From positions 12,972 to 76,971 of the forward strand of contig DYJA01000003.1 of assembly GCA_020723345.1 (NCBI GenBank): a stretch of 64,000 bases of DNA. The letters are read 5' to 3'. Positions within the stretch are counted from its first letter, which is position 1. Every line of letters begins with the position of its first letter. Position numbers and translations under genes: made by a program. Origin of the DNA: Candidatus Aquidulcis sp. Lineage in GTDB: Bacteria; Chloroflexota; Anaerolineae; UBA4142. Of this stretch, positions 46,704 to 55,996 are shown piece by piece. Under the pieces are notes generated by a model. The model saw only the letters and a program-made list of their open reading frames with translations, had not been told where the DNA came from and did not search any database.

Positions 46704-46970
46704 ATGGAACGCGTCACATTAGAAATTCCTGACGAACTTGCCGGAGAATTACACATAGACCAAGCGCGCGTCAAAGAACTCCTCTTGCTCGGATTTTCCC
46801 AGATCAAGATTCAAGAAGCGCTCCTGTTGTACAAACGCGGCATTGTCTCCTTTGGACGCGCTGCCGAAATTGCGGGCGTCTCCGAGCGCGAACTTGTGCG
46901 ATATGCGCGAATGTACGCCATCCACCCGCGATCGGATGAAACGATGTTGCGCGAGGAGCTCGGCGCGTGA
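46704..46970 (+). CDS. UPF0175-family antitoxin-like protein
   Basis: 88 aa, '...LLYKRGIVSFGRAAEIAGVSERELV'. ATGA-type overlap with the downstream PIN-like gene. Confidence 0.7.
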   Translation: MERVTLEIPDELAGELHIDQARVKELLLLGFSQIKIQEALLLYKRGIVSFGRAAEIAGVSERELVRYARMYAIHPRSDETMLREELGA

Positions 46971-47482
46971 AGGTCGTCAGCGATGCGGGACCGTTGATCG
47001 CACTCGGCAAACTCGGAACCGTCGATTTGCCATTTCGGCTTTACGGGCAAATTCTGATTCCCCACGCCGTTTACGTCGAGGTCGTGGAGCGTGGGAATGA
47101 AATGGACGCACCGGATGCCAAACAGACTGAACTCGCCATGGCGCGTCAACAGATCGCGGTTGCGATAGTCGCCGAGCGCGACCTTTCCGATTCGGTTCGT
47201 TTCCCCGCACTTTCGCGCGCGGATCAAGAGACTCTGCACTTGGCTTTGCACGAACATGCCGATTTAGTTTTGGTCGATGATCTCTTGGCGCGACAGACCG
47301 CTAAAAATATCGGCTTGAAGATAAGGGGGACACTCGGCGTAATCGTCGAAGCATTTCGGAGAGAGTTGCTGACCCGCGACGACTGTGAGTTCTTGTTGCA
47401 AGCCATTTTGCAGGACGACGACATCTGGATTGATGCGCAATTGGTGCGACAAGCGCAACAAGAGATCAAGAAAAAGAAATGA
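46967..47482 (+). CDS. DUF3368 (PIN-like) putative toxin
   Basis: 'VVSDAGPLIALGKLG...LLVDDLLARQTAKNIGLKIRGTLGVI'. Confidence 0.7.
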   Translation: MKVVSDAGPLIALGKLGTVDLPFRLYGQILIPHAVYVEVVERGNEMDAPDAKQTELAMARQQIAVAIVAERDLSDSVRFPALSRADQETLHLALHEHADLVLVDDLLARQTAKNIGLKIRGTLGVIVEAFRRELLTRDDCEFLLQAILQDDDIWIDAQLVRQAQQEIKKKK

Positions 47483-47507
47483 CCTTATAGCACAAAGGAA
47501 AAAACAA

Positions 47508-48476
47508 ATGCAACTGCGCCGTTTAGGAAAATCGGATTTGGAAGTTTCGGCGCTTGGATTGGGCTGCTGGGCAATCGGCGGTCCCTGGACGATCAACGGC
47601 AATCCCGCCGGATGGGGCATCGTCGACGACGCGGAATCGACGCGCGCGATTCACCGCGCGCTCGATCTCGGCATCAACTTTTTCGATACCGCCGCGAACT
47701 ATGGCGCGGGTCACAGCGAGGTGATCCTGGGTCGCGCGCTTGCGTCCAAGCGCGATCAAGTTGTGATCGCGACCAAGTTTGGTCACATCGTCAACGAAGC
47801 GCAGAGAACCGTCGTCAGCGCGGACGATGCCGTGCCCCGCAATCTACGACAGGATTGCGAGAACAGTCTGCGCCGGTTGGGCACACAGTACATCGACCTC
47901 TATCAATTTCACGTTGGGGCTTTTCCGCCCGCGCAAGCCGCGCCGGTGCGCGATCTACTCGAAGAGTTGGTCGCGGCTGGAAAAATTCGCTGGTACGGCT
48001 GGAGCACGGACAATCCCGAAGGCGCGCGCGTTTTCGCGCGCGGGAAACACTGCGCGGCGATCCAGTTTCAGATGAATGTGATTCAGGACGCGCCGCAATG
48101 TTTGGCGGTCTGTGACGAATTCGATCTCGCGGCGATCATTCGCGGACCGCTGGCGCGCGGTTTCTTGACCGGCAAGTACGCTTCAAACACCGCGTTCGCG
48201 GAGAATGACAATCGAAGTACCGAGGGTTTTCAGAAAGGCGTGTCGGGACTCGTCGAAGGGCTGGGAAAGGTACGCGCGGTTTTGGCAAGCGATGGGCGCA
48301 CACTCGCGCAAGGCGCGCTCGCGTGGCTCTGGGCACGCAGCGAACGCGCGATTCCAATTCCCGGCTTTAGAACCGTCAAGCAGGTCGAGGAAAACGTCAA
48401 AGCATTAGAATTCGGCGCGCTCGCGCCAAAACAAATGCAAGAGATCGAGCGATTACTGAGGCGAACTACCGGATAA
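47508..48476 (+). CDS. Aldo/keto reductase
   Basis: 'RRLGKSDLEVSALGLGCWAIGG', 'FFDTAANYGAGHSE', 'IDLYQFH'. Confidence 0.9.
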   Translation: MQLRRLGKSDLEVSALGLGCWAIGGPWTINGNPAGWGIVDDAESTRAIHRALDLGINFFDTAANYGAGHSEVILGRALASKRDQVVIATKFGHIVNEAQRTVVSADDAVPRNLRQDCENSLRRLGTQYIDLYQFHVGAFPPAQAAPVRDLLEELVAAGKIRWYGWSTDNPEGARVFARGKHCAAIQFQMNVIQDAPQCLAVCDEFDLAAIIRGPLARGFLTGKYASNTAFAENDNRSTEGFQKGVSGLVEGLGKVRAVLASDGRTLAQGALAWLWARSERAIPIPGFRTVKQVEENVKALEFGALAPKQMQEIERLLRRTTG

Positions 48477-48484
48477 ACAAGCTT

Positions 48485-48550
48485 GGACACAGACAAACAC
48501 AGATGCACACAGATAAAAAAATCAGTGAAAATCTGTGTGCATCTGTGTCC
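48485..48550. repeat. Dispersed GGACACAGAT-type hairpin repeat, copy 3 of 3 (between convergent genes)
   Basis: GGACACAGACAAACACAGATGCACACAGAT aaaaaaatcagtgaaa ATCTGTGTGCATCTGTGTCC. Confidence 0.8.
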
Positions 48551-48566
48551 AATCCAGTGTGGCTCA

Positions 48567-51500
48567 CTAACTGATCAGACTAATCGCCCAGTACGTAAAC
48601 TCATTCCAATCACTATCCGACGAAACGAAAACGACGCGGATGGTGATTTTGTTTTTCCCTTGCGTGAACGACGCGGGGATCATAAAATCATCATCGCGCC
48701 ACCGCGCGGAATTGCGCCCGGCGCGATACCACGATCCCACGCGCGCGCCATCCACGTAAACGTCCGCGTTTTGATTCCCGATTCCGTAATTCAATCGCCG
48801 GCGCAAAATCACGCCATCGTTCGCTGGCTGAATCGTCATCGCAAATTGGCTGTATCCATTGTGCGCGCGTCCCGTGTCTCCGATAGCATCCGGATGGACG
48901 CCTTCGTACGAGTACGAAGATTCGCCGCTCCACGTCGCGTTCATAACAACATACTCGTGACTCGCCTCGCTCGCGGCGTTGCCAACGTCGAGTGTATCGG
49001 TCAAGATCGCGCGCGCGGTCGGCTGGTGATAATAGTACGCCAGCGCCCACACCTGTTCCGAAACATCGTTGACCTGACCGTGCTCAATCCCGACGGTGAG
49101 ACGGCGATTGAATGGAATCGCGTCCGCCAAGAACAAGCGGTACTGCGCGGTGCGATCGAAACTCGCGTCGTGAACGTTCGCCGCGAGTCCATGCACCGGC
49201 AGCGAAAAAGGACCGCCGCGATAGTACCAACCGCCGTTGAAAAAATCTTCGGTGCCGGTACCGTGAATCGCGGGCGAACGATTGTCGTCGATGTAAATTC
49301 GCTCGTCGCCTTCCAGGTACATTCGATTCGCTTCGCCAATAATCGACAGCACTACGCCGACGAAATGTCCCGCGCCCGCCACATCGAGAATCGTCACATC
49401 GGTGCCATCGCCGCCGGTGTGAATCTGATTGTTGAACTGGGTTTTGAAATAACCGACCTGCGCGAACGATGACGCAAACGCTTTGTGCTTGATCTCGTAC
49501 GAAATGCCATTCAGCGCGACGCCGCGCGAGTTGAACAGTTCGATCCGCGCGTGGTGTTCAAACGGCATCGGAAAATAAATGTACAGCGCGCTCGAATCGT
49601 CAATTCCCGCCGCGAGCGATTTCGCGCGGTGCGTGCTGAACTGCCCGATGCCGAAGAACGAACCGAGTGGCGCAGCAACACTTGGATTCGATTCGCGATC
49701 CCAGTAAATCCGAATCCACGTTCCGTTGAGAATATCCCAGACCGCTGACGAAGGCGTCGCGACGACACCGGGCACGCGCAACTTGATCGACGAGAACGCG
49801 CGCGGACCGTCGAGTTCGAACATCGTCCGGGTCGATCCAATATCGAGATTGATCGTACCGGTCGCGGTCAGGTTGCCTGCGTCGCTCTTTGGGTCTTGTG
49901 TAACCCGACTCCACAGCGTGCGGACAGTAGAACTATCTTCCGCGCCGGTCCACGTCTGAACGATTGTGTCCGGCGTGTAGAGGTGATAGTTGACGTTGTA
50001 GTAGAAATTCGTGCCGCGCGTTCCGTTCGCGGTGATCTTGATGCTGCGGCTGAACGACATCGGAAGATAACAGTAGTATCCGCCGCTCGACACGCCATCG
50101 TCGTCAACAAGCGGCGAAAGAAATGGCGCAGTCTCTCCGGCGAACAGCGTGTTCATCAGCATATCGACGCGCGGCGTCGTCTCGCCGTCGAAATAGAATT
50201 TGATGCGCGCGAGATCGCGGTTGAACCCGGTAACCCACAGGCGATAGATCGTGCCGGGTCCTTTGAGATCACACAAAACAAAATCGCCGTGCGCGTCGGT
50301 GTAAAGATAATTGCTGAAATCGGCATTGCCGCCAGTGCGGTCGTAACTCGATTGCCCACCGGCGAGGATGTTCGTTCGCAAAAAGGGCAATCGCTCGAAT
50401 TGTAGCATCGCCGCGAGTCCGGACTGCTCGACGGTCAACGTCACGCTCAAATCTTTTGTGACGCCGTCGCCGAAAACGACGTGCAAGTTGTACGTCGTCG
50501 TTTGCGTTGGCGTGACGACGCGCGTGCCGGATGTCGGAACGATTTCGCCATCCAACGTGACTTGCGTCGCGCTTTCTGTGTTCCACGCCAAAGTCGCCGG
50601 TGTGCCGGGCATGATCGAATTCGGCGTGACGGTGAACGTCGCAACTTTTTTCGGAACGACGGTCACGGTCGCGGCGAGATCGCGCGTCGTGCCGTCGAGC
50701 AAGACGACGCGCAGCGCGTACGTCGTCGTCTGCGTTGGCGCGACGACGCGCGAGCCGATTGGCGGTACCGTTTCGCCGTCGAGCGAGACCGCGTGCGCGT
50801 CGGTCACCGTCCATTGCAGCGTTGCCGATCCGCCGACTTCGATTGCTGACGGTGTCGCGGTAAACGATTGTGTTGCGATTGGTACTACAGTGATCGTCTG
50901 CGCGCCTTGCTGATCGTGCAGCCACAAAACTTGTTCGCGTACCAAGCCGCACCAATAATTGATCGCGCGCGCAGTTTGCAATCGAATCGCGCCAGTGATC
51001 GTGCGCGTCTCGCCGGGCGCGAGCGGCGCGCCGAGTCCCCAGCGGTACGGGTGATCCACGCCGGTTCGTCCGTCAAAGTCAACGCCGACGCGAAATGCAT
51101 CAATCGTTTCGGTGAAGCCACGCGAGCGAAACGTATCCCCTTCGTCGTACACAAAATCTGGATCGGGTCCCTGAGTTTGCAACGTCTCCAGCGAATCGTT
51201 GCGAACGGTGATGCTGACGTTGAGCAAGTTGCCCGCGCTGATCGCGGTCGGCGCGAGCGTCGCGCTCGTGATCGTGATGATGCCCGGCTTGACCGCGATT
51301 GCCTGCTCGCCTTGCCGATCTTGCAGCCACGCGATTTGTTCGCGCACGAGTCCCGCCCAGTATTTCACCGCGCGCGTCGTGCGTAACCGGATCGCGCCGG
51401 TGATCGTCGCGGTTTGTCCGGGCGCGAGCGGCGCGCCGAGTCCCCAACGAAACGGATGATCGACGCTCTGCGCGGCGCGTCCGTCGAAGTCAATCCCAAC

Positions 51501-52172
51501 GCGGAACGAACCGCGTGCCTCGGTGAAACCGCGCGAACGAAACGTGTCCCATTCTTCGTAGATGAAACCTGGTGCCTGCCCTGAGCTTGTCGAAGGGTCG
51601 GGTCCCTGGGTCGGCAGCGTCTCCGCCGAATCGTTGCGAACGGTGATGCTCACGCTGAGCAAGCCGCCGGTGTTCAGCGTCGTCGGCGCGAGCGTCGCGT
51701 GCGTGATCGTCACCGCGCCTGCCGGATTCACCGTGATCGTCTGCGCGCCTTGCCGATCTTGCAGCCACGCGATTCGCTCGCGCACGAGTCCCGCCCAGTA
51801 CTTGATCGCGCGCGCGGTTCGCAATCGGATCGCACCGGAGATGACGCGCGTCTCGCCGGGCGCGAGCGGCGCGCCGAGTCCCCAGCGGTACGGGTGGTCA
51901 ATTCCCGCGCGTCCGTCAAAGTCCACGCCGACACGAAACGCGTTCGCGATATCGGGGAAGCCGCGCGTGTAGAACGTGTCGCCGTCGTCGTAGACGAAAC
52001 CGGGCGCGGGGTCTTGCGTCGCGAGCGTCTCGGTCGAATCGTTGCGAACGGTGATGGTGACGTTCAGCAAATCGCCGGAGTTGAGCGACGTGGGAGAAAA
52101 AGTGACGTTGGTGATTTGTGGCGCGGCGGCGGGTAAAACGTCGTCGCGGTGATCGGAATGGTTGGTGGGCAT
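48567..52172 (-). CDS. Large multidomain protein: 3 tandem ~135-aa repeats, 2 Ig-like repeats, C-terminal DUF2961/GH172 domain
   Basis: Repeats 'VTI(T)VRNDS.ETL.TQ(G)PDP.FVY.EGDTF..RGF....AFRVG.DFDGR...DHP.RWGLGAPLAPG'. C-terminus 'YLEGDERIYIDD...HGTGTEDFFNGGWYY'. Confidence 0.85.
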   Translation of the reverse strand: MPTNHSDHRDDVLPAAAPQITNVTFSPTSLNSGDLLNVTITVRNDSTETLATQDPAPGFVYDDGDTFYTRGFPDIANAFRVGVDFDGRAGIDHPYRWGLGAPLAPGETRVISGAIRLRTARAIKYWAGLVRERIAWLQDRQGAQTITVNPAGAVTITHATLAPTTLNTGGLLSVSITVRNDSAETLPTQGPDPSTSSGQAPGFIYEEWDTFRSRGFTEARGSFRVGIDFDGRAAQSVDHPFRWGLGAPLAPGQTATITGAIRLRTTRAVKYWAGLVREQIAWLQDRQGEQAIAVKPGIITITSATLAPTAISAGNLLNVSITVRNDSLETLQTQGPDPDFVYDEGDTFRSRGFTETIDAFRVGVDFDGRTGVDHPYRWGLGAPLAPGETRTITGAIRLQTARAINYWCGLVREQVLWLHDQQGAQTITVVPIATQSFTATPSAIEVGGSATLQWTVTDAHAVSLDGETVPPIGSRVVAPTQTTTYALRVVLLDGTTRDLAATVTVVPKKVATFTVTPNSIMPGTPATLAWNTESATQVTLDGEIVPTSGTRVVTPTQTTTYNLHVVFGDGVTKDLSVTLTVEQSGLAAMLQFERLPFLRTNILAGGQSSYDRTGGNADFSNYLYTDAHGDFVLCDLKGPGTIYRLWVTGFNRDLARIKFYFDGETTPRVDMLMNTLFAGETAPFLSPLVDDDGVSSGGYYCYLPMSFSRSIKITANGTRGTNFYYNVNYHLYTPDTIVQTWTGAEDSSTVRTLWSRVTQDPKSDAGNLTATGTINLDIGSTRTMFELDGPRAFSSIKLRVPGVVATPSSAVWDILNGTWIRIYWDRESNPSVAAPLGSFFGIGQFSTHRAKSLAAGIDDSSALYIYFPMPFEHHARIELFNSRGVALNGISYEIKHKAFASSFAQVGYFKTQFNNQIHTGGDGTDVTILDVAGAGHFVGVVLSIIGEANRMYLEGDERIYIDDNRSPAIHGTGTEDFFNGGWYYRGGPFSLPVHGLAANVHDASFDRTAQYRLFLADAIPFNRRLTVGIEHGQVNDVSEQVWALAYYYHQPTARAILTDTLDVGNAASEASHEYVVMNATWSGESSYSYEGVHPDAIGDTGRAHNGYSQFAMTIQPANDGVILRRRLNYGIGNQNADVYVDGARVGSWYRAGRNSARWRDDDFMIPASFTQGKNKITIRVVFVSSDSDWNEFTYWAISLIS

Positions 52173-52240
52173 GGGCGGCTCCTGTGTGGTAAGAACAAGT
52201 ACGTGAAATGTATGTTTGGCGTATTGAGCGAGAAGAAGAA

Positions 52241-53407
52241 TCAGGGCTGATTGCGTCCCAGGAAATTGAGAACGGTTGCCTGGATGGTGGGAATGAGTCC
52301 ACTGATGAGGGAACTGATGAGCGGCAGGAGAGATGTTCCTACTATGGTTCTCAGCGCATCAATTCGCAGTGGCCAAATTGGGAACGTCTCGCTGATCAAT
52401 TTGTACTGTCGCTTAATTTCTTCCAAACGATCGGTCTTTGCCCTGATCGCTTCGGTAGTATTGGTCTGCGATGGAAATGAACCGTGCATGGTTTGGCGAA
52501 ATTCGCCGGCTAGTCGGCTCAATATTTCATCGCGCGCTTCCACCATGGCTCGGTGGGGCAGCCACAGCCAGCTAATGAACAACATAGGTGTCACGAATAA
52601 ATAGATCGCGCAAAAGATAAGTGCTTCTGGATACTTGGTTAGATTCCCCATGGGTAGACTCAGGATGATTACAACTGCCGCTATGCCTCCGCTTCCTGTT
52701 GAAATCAGCACACTGGATACTAACATCTGCCCTAGGATCCCATACCCACCTGCCCCGTCCGGGTCAAGTGGATTGACCTTGATCTTGAACCGGTCAAAGA
52801 ACCGCCAAGTGAAAATCAAACCGACCGATAGCTTGATTATTCCAAGCACTGCGCCATAAAATATAGGGGTATAGATTAGCAGGAATAACAATCTCACTAA
52901 AAATCTAGCCCACTCCTCCTCAAAAATCAAAGCTGGTTCGCGCGGAAGCTGCCCGAACAATCGAAATACCCAGTAGTACGCTACCCACGCCAATGCCACC
53001 GCGATCCATCGCCAATCGTTCACTGCGGCGATCAAGTCTGCCAAAAAATGATTGTACGATTTCTCGCCAGGTTGACGGCTCTCGCCTACAAGGTCTTTCG
53101 TCTCCAGTGTTGCAAACAGCCAGGCGAGGTAATCTGGAACTAACCAATACAATGCAATCGTCACAGGTATGCCGAATGTAGCCTGAACAAAAACCCTCAA
53201 TAACTCTTGCTCAACAAGGGGTTTATTGAAGAACGCGGGTATCCCTGCCGCAGAGACGAAAAACAGCAGGGCAACAATCAAAATGCCCGCACCAAGATTG
53301 ATGTGGAGTTTGTCACGCAGCAGTACGAGCAAGGGATCTTTCTTGTACAACTGTTGAGTCAGGACTTGTTGACTTGTTCGAGGGTTGTCTATTGGTTTCT
53401 CATTCAT
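52241..53407 (-). CDS. Orphan polytopic membrane protein (about 7 TM) with a C-terminal coiled region
   Basis: RBS GGAGGGAAAG. Hydrophobic segments run throughout. No recognisable family. More AT-rich than the flanks. Confidence 0.65.
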   Translation of the reverse strand: MNEKPIDNPRTSQQVLTQQLYKKDPLLVLLRDKLHINLGAGILIVALLFFVSAAGIPAFFNKPLVEQELLRVFVQATFGIPVTIALYWLVPDYLAWLFATLETKDLVGESRQPGEKSYNHFLADLIAAVNDWRWIAVALAWVAYYWVFRLFGQLPREPALIFEEEWARFLVRLLFLLIYTPIFYGAVLGIIKLSVGLIFTWRFFDRFKIKVNPLDPDGAGGYGILGQMLVSSVLISTGSGGIAAVVIILSLPMGNLTKYPEALIFCAIYLFVTPMLFISWLWLPHRAMVEARDEILSRLAGEFRQTMHGSFPSQTNTTEAIRAKTDRLEEIKRQYKLISETFPIWPLRIDALRTIVGTSLLPLISSLISGLIPTIQATVLNFLGRNQP

Positions 53408-53530
53408 GGATCTTTCCCTCCAATTCCTTTTCTGTAGGGTCACGAGCAAATCCCCGCACTCGCGAGAACCCATACTTCGCCTGACAACAAAACAACCATC
53501 GCCGACGCACGCCTGCGCGCCAACAACCGC

Positions 53531-53611
53531 GTCAACGAATGTTCAACGAATAAACGAATGAGTGCGCGGCGGCGCGATTCGTTTATTCGTTGTGCGAAGC
53601 CATTCGTTGAC
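53531..53611. promoter_or_regulatory. Nested 81-bp palindrome containing the 16-mer CAACGAATAAACGAAT in both orientations
   Basis: GTCAACGAATG...CATTCGTTGAC forms the outer arms. CAACGAATAAACGAAT (53544-53559) and its complement (53577-92) form the inner arms. Confidence 0.5.
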
Positions 53612-53801
53612 ACCGAAATGCACGCAAAAAAGCACCCGCCGCCAACGCGCTATACGCGCACGCCGGACAACAGGTGCTTTCCTTTCGTCACGCCAATTTG
53701 ATTTTTGCGCGGACTCCCAAGTTGCCAATCGTCATTTTGACTTCTAACCCTGAGCAGTGTCGGTTGCAAAGAGGGCTCGCGTCAATTTTCTAATGAAGTA
53801 C

Positions 53802-54089
53802 TCAAGGTCTGCGATAGATCTCGTGGTCGCCGATATTTCGAAAGACGAAAACTATTTCTCTTGTATCAGGGTCTTGCTCGACATGAAAGGTGAAAACGAA
53901 CTTGGAGGTAATGTGCCCTTCCCAAATGTTCGGATGTCCCTGCATTTTTCTGACGCGGAGCGAAGGATGGAACGGCGGATGTTCAGCGCCGCGCTGGAAC
54001 AATCTGAACGCCTGTCGCGCTCTGCGTTTCACCGTTTGCGGAAGTTGGGCATACGCAAGCCAAAACGGTTCGGTGGGGCGAAACTTCAT
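53802..54089 (-). CDS. RelE/ParE-superfamily toxin
   Basis: 95 aa, '...KMQGHPNIWEGHITSKFVFTFHVEQD...IVFVFRNIGDHEIY'. 4-nt overlap with the upstream antitoxin gene. Confidence 0.7.
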   Translation of the reverse strand: MKFRPTEPFWLAYAQLPQTVKRRARQAFRLFQRGAEHPPFHPSLRVRKMQGHPNIWEGHITSKFVFTFHVEQDPDTREIVFVFRNIGDHEIYRRP

Positions 54090-54412
54090 TTGGCATCGAG
54101 AAAGTCAAGCATTTTGTCTATCGTGTTAAACGTACGCACCCGCCCCGCGGCAATGGCTTGATCCGCCGCGCGCTCTTTGGCTTGCCACTCGCGAGTCCAA
54201 AAATATTCTTGTTCAGCGGCTACGCGGAGCGAGTCCAAGACGATGGCTTGCACCGAAACGCTTTTCTTTGTGCGCGACAACGCCTCTAGCGCATTCTCAA
54301 CAGATTCCCGCTGTTCTGGAGACATCTCGATTACCAAACGCGGTCGTCGCGGAATTGTAGTGTCCATGAACACACTTCGAGAGTGTCCAGGATTGGTCTT
54401 TACAACTGACAT
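54086..54412 (-). CDS. Putative antitoxin (partner of the RelE/ParE-like toxin)
   Basis: 108-aa ORF directly upstream of the toxin and overlapping it. No family recognised. Confidence 0.6.
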   Translation of the reverse strand: MSVVKTNPGHSRSVFMDTTIPRRPRLVIEMSPEQRESVENALEALSRTKKSVSVQAIVLDSLRVAAEQEYFWTREWQAKERAADQAIAAGRVRTFNTIDKMLDFLDAK

Positions 54413-54466
54413 TACTTTTCTCCTCGGCAGTCATTGTAGCACCGAACCAAACGAGTGTCAACGCGC

Positions 54467-54482
54467 AACGAATAAACGAATC
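54467..54482. promoter_or_regulatory. Third copy of the 16-mer CAACGAATAAACGAAT, in the TA operon promoter region
   Basis: Exact 16/16 match to 53544-53559. 55 nt upstream of the antitoxin start. Confidence 0.45.
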
Positions 54483-54600
54483 GCGCGCCATCATTGAACG
54501 ATGGCGGCGCGTTCTTTCAGATGACAAAAACACAAACGGCAACCACACGCGCGGCTGCCGCATTTACTCTCAGCCGCACGAACCCTGTACGGCTTGCAAT

Positions 54601-54676
54601 TGGTCGGGGCGAAAGGACTTGAACCTTCGACCTCATCGTCCCAAACGATGCGCGCTACCAACTGCGCCACGCCCCG
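54601..54676 (-). tRNA. tRNA-Pro (anticodon TGG), CCA encoded
   Basis: Reverse complement: CGGGGCG TG GCGC AGTTGGTA GCGC G CATCG TTTGGGA CGATG AGGTC GAAGG TTCAAGT CCTTT CGCCCCG A CCA. Folded by hand. Confidence 0.9.
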
Positions 54677-54739
54677 AAACTGATCGCAGTATAAGCGAAC
54701 TTGCCCGAATCGTCAAACGCGCGCGGTCGCGCTCGAAAA

Positions 54740-55060
54740 TTATCGCGCCTGTCCCGCAACGACATGCGCAACTTCTCGACGCGTCGCGCCCAAGATGATG
54801 AGCGAACGAACTAGCAGATCGAGCGACACGGAGGCGTCCCCCGCTTCAATCTTCGCAACGCGCGATTGACTGGATTTGAGCAAGCGCGCCATTTGCATCT
54901 GCGTCAGATTTTTGTGCTGACGGCGCTGACGGATGCTCTTGCTCAACGCCAATTTCAATTCGATGTAGGCGGACTCGTCCGGCGTGAGCGCGAGAAATTC
55001 GTCCACACCGCCAACCTTCCACCCTCTTTTCTCTAATCTCTGTTTTTTTGCTTTATCCAT
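54740..55060 (-). CDS. XRE-family HTH antitoxin (HigA-like)
   Basis: 'LTQMQMARLLKSSQSRVAKIEAG'. Downstream of the toxin gene and overlapping it. Confidence 0.8.
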   Translation of the reverse strand: MDKAKKQRLEKRGWKVGGVDEFLALTPDESAYIELKLALSKSIRQRRQHKNLTQMQMARLLKSSQSRVAKIEAGDASVSLDLLVRSLIILGATRREVAHVVAGQAR

Positions 55061-55391
55061 CCGAGTCGTACTCCTTCAACCTTTGCTTGCACACCGCGAC
55101 GATCTGTCGAGGTGTACGCTGGGTTTGCTTTTGAAATACCTCCAAAATGACAATGGCATCGTCGTCCATGCGATGTACAATCCGCCAGATCTTGCCCCGA
55201 TCAGTCACACGTAACTCGTAACACCGCGCGCCGATGGAAGGCATCCGGCGCGAATGCGGCATTGTCAGATGCTCGCCTTTTTGCAAGCAGCGCAAGAGAT
55301 ACCCAGCTTCGATGCGCGCCTCTGCCGAAAAAGGCGGAGTTCTGATTTGCCCGTGCAGCCAAACGAGCGGTTTATCTTGCGGCTCCATCAC
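55053..55391 (-). CDS. HigB/Gp49-like (RelE-superfamily) toxin
   Basis: '...ELRVTDRGKIWRIVHRMDDDAIVILEVFQKQTQRTP'. Toxin-first order, as in higBA. Confidence 0.75.
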   Translation of the reverse strand: MMEPQDKPLVWLHGQIRTPPFSAEARIEAGYLLRCLQKGEHLTMPHSRRMPSIGARCYELRVTDRGKIWRIVHRMDDDAIVILEVFQKQTQRTPRQIVAVCKQRLKEYDSDG

Positions 55392-55527
55392 TTTGCACCA
55401 TATATCAAAAATGACATATTGTCAAACCCCCGATCAATCGTGACCTTTTACGCCCTCTGTGCTTTTTGACTTGCAAAGCGAATTGTGCTACAAATGCGCC
55501 AATTCCTGGGAAACGGATGCCTCTGCA

Positions 55528-55899
55528 ATGAAAGAGACTGACAAGAAAAAGACGCTCTCGCCTGAAGAGCGCAAAAAACTGGAACAAGAGCGCGCGCAAA
55601 CCCAAATCGAACTGGAACGCTTGCGCGAATATCTGAAAACCGAACCGGATCCCACCGGCGATGCAGCCGACTTGGACGCGTACGAGCGCGAGAAAAACCT
55701 CGCGCTCGTCCGCCGGATGGAACAGAAACTCGAAGAGATCGATTACGCGCTGCGCGCCGCGAAGAAAGGCACCTACGGGATTTGCGAGCGCTGCGGCAAG
55801 CCAATCGATCCCGCGCGTCTCGCCGCGCTGCCGGAGACGACGCTGTGCGTCAAGTGCAAAAACGTATTGGAAAAAGCCGCGCGCCGCGCCGCGCTGTAG
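55528..55899 (+). CDS. DksA/TraR-family C4 zinc-finger protein
   Basis: Coiled-coil N-terminus and 'CERCGKPIDPARLAALPETTLCVKC'. Confidence 0.85.
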   Translation: MKETDKKKTLSPEERKKLEQERAQTQIELERLREYLKTEPDPTGDAADLDAYEREKNLALVRRMEQKLEEIDYALRAAKKGTYGICERCGKPIDPARLAALPETTLCVKCKNVLEKAARRAAL

Positions 55900-55919
55900 A
55901 ACTCGGACAGCAGATAACA

Positions 55920-55962
55920 GAAATCAGACGACAGAAAAAATCTGTCGTCTGATTTCCGTTTT
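55920..55962 (+). terminator. Rho-independent terminator (possibly bidirectional)
   Basis: GAAATCAGACGACAGA / TCTGTCGTCTGATTTC 16-bp stem, AAAAA loop, CGTTTT tail. Confidence 0.75.
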
Positions 55963-55996
55963 CATGCGCCATGCTTCACGCATCACGCATCACGTT

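Noticed and set aside
53757-54161. 134-aa plus-strand ORF opposite the RelE/ParE-type TA pair
   Set aside because: It overlaps both TA genes antisense, lacks an RBS, and the minus-strand pair has the canonical overlapping two-gene layout.
52173-55450. Integrated prophage or integrative element at tRNA-Pro
   Set aside because: No integrase, recombinase or phage structural genes are present, and no direct repeat of the tRNA 3' end was found by eye. Only TA modules and one orphan membrane gene are there.
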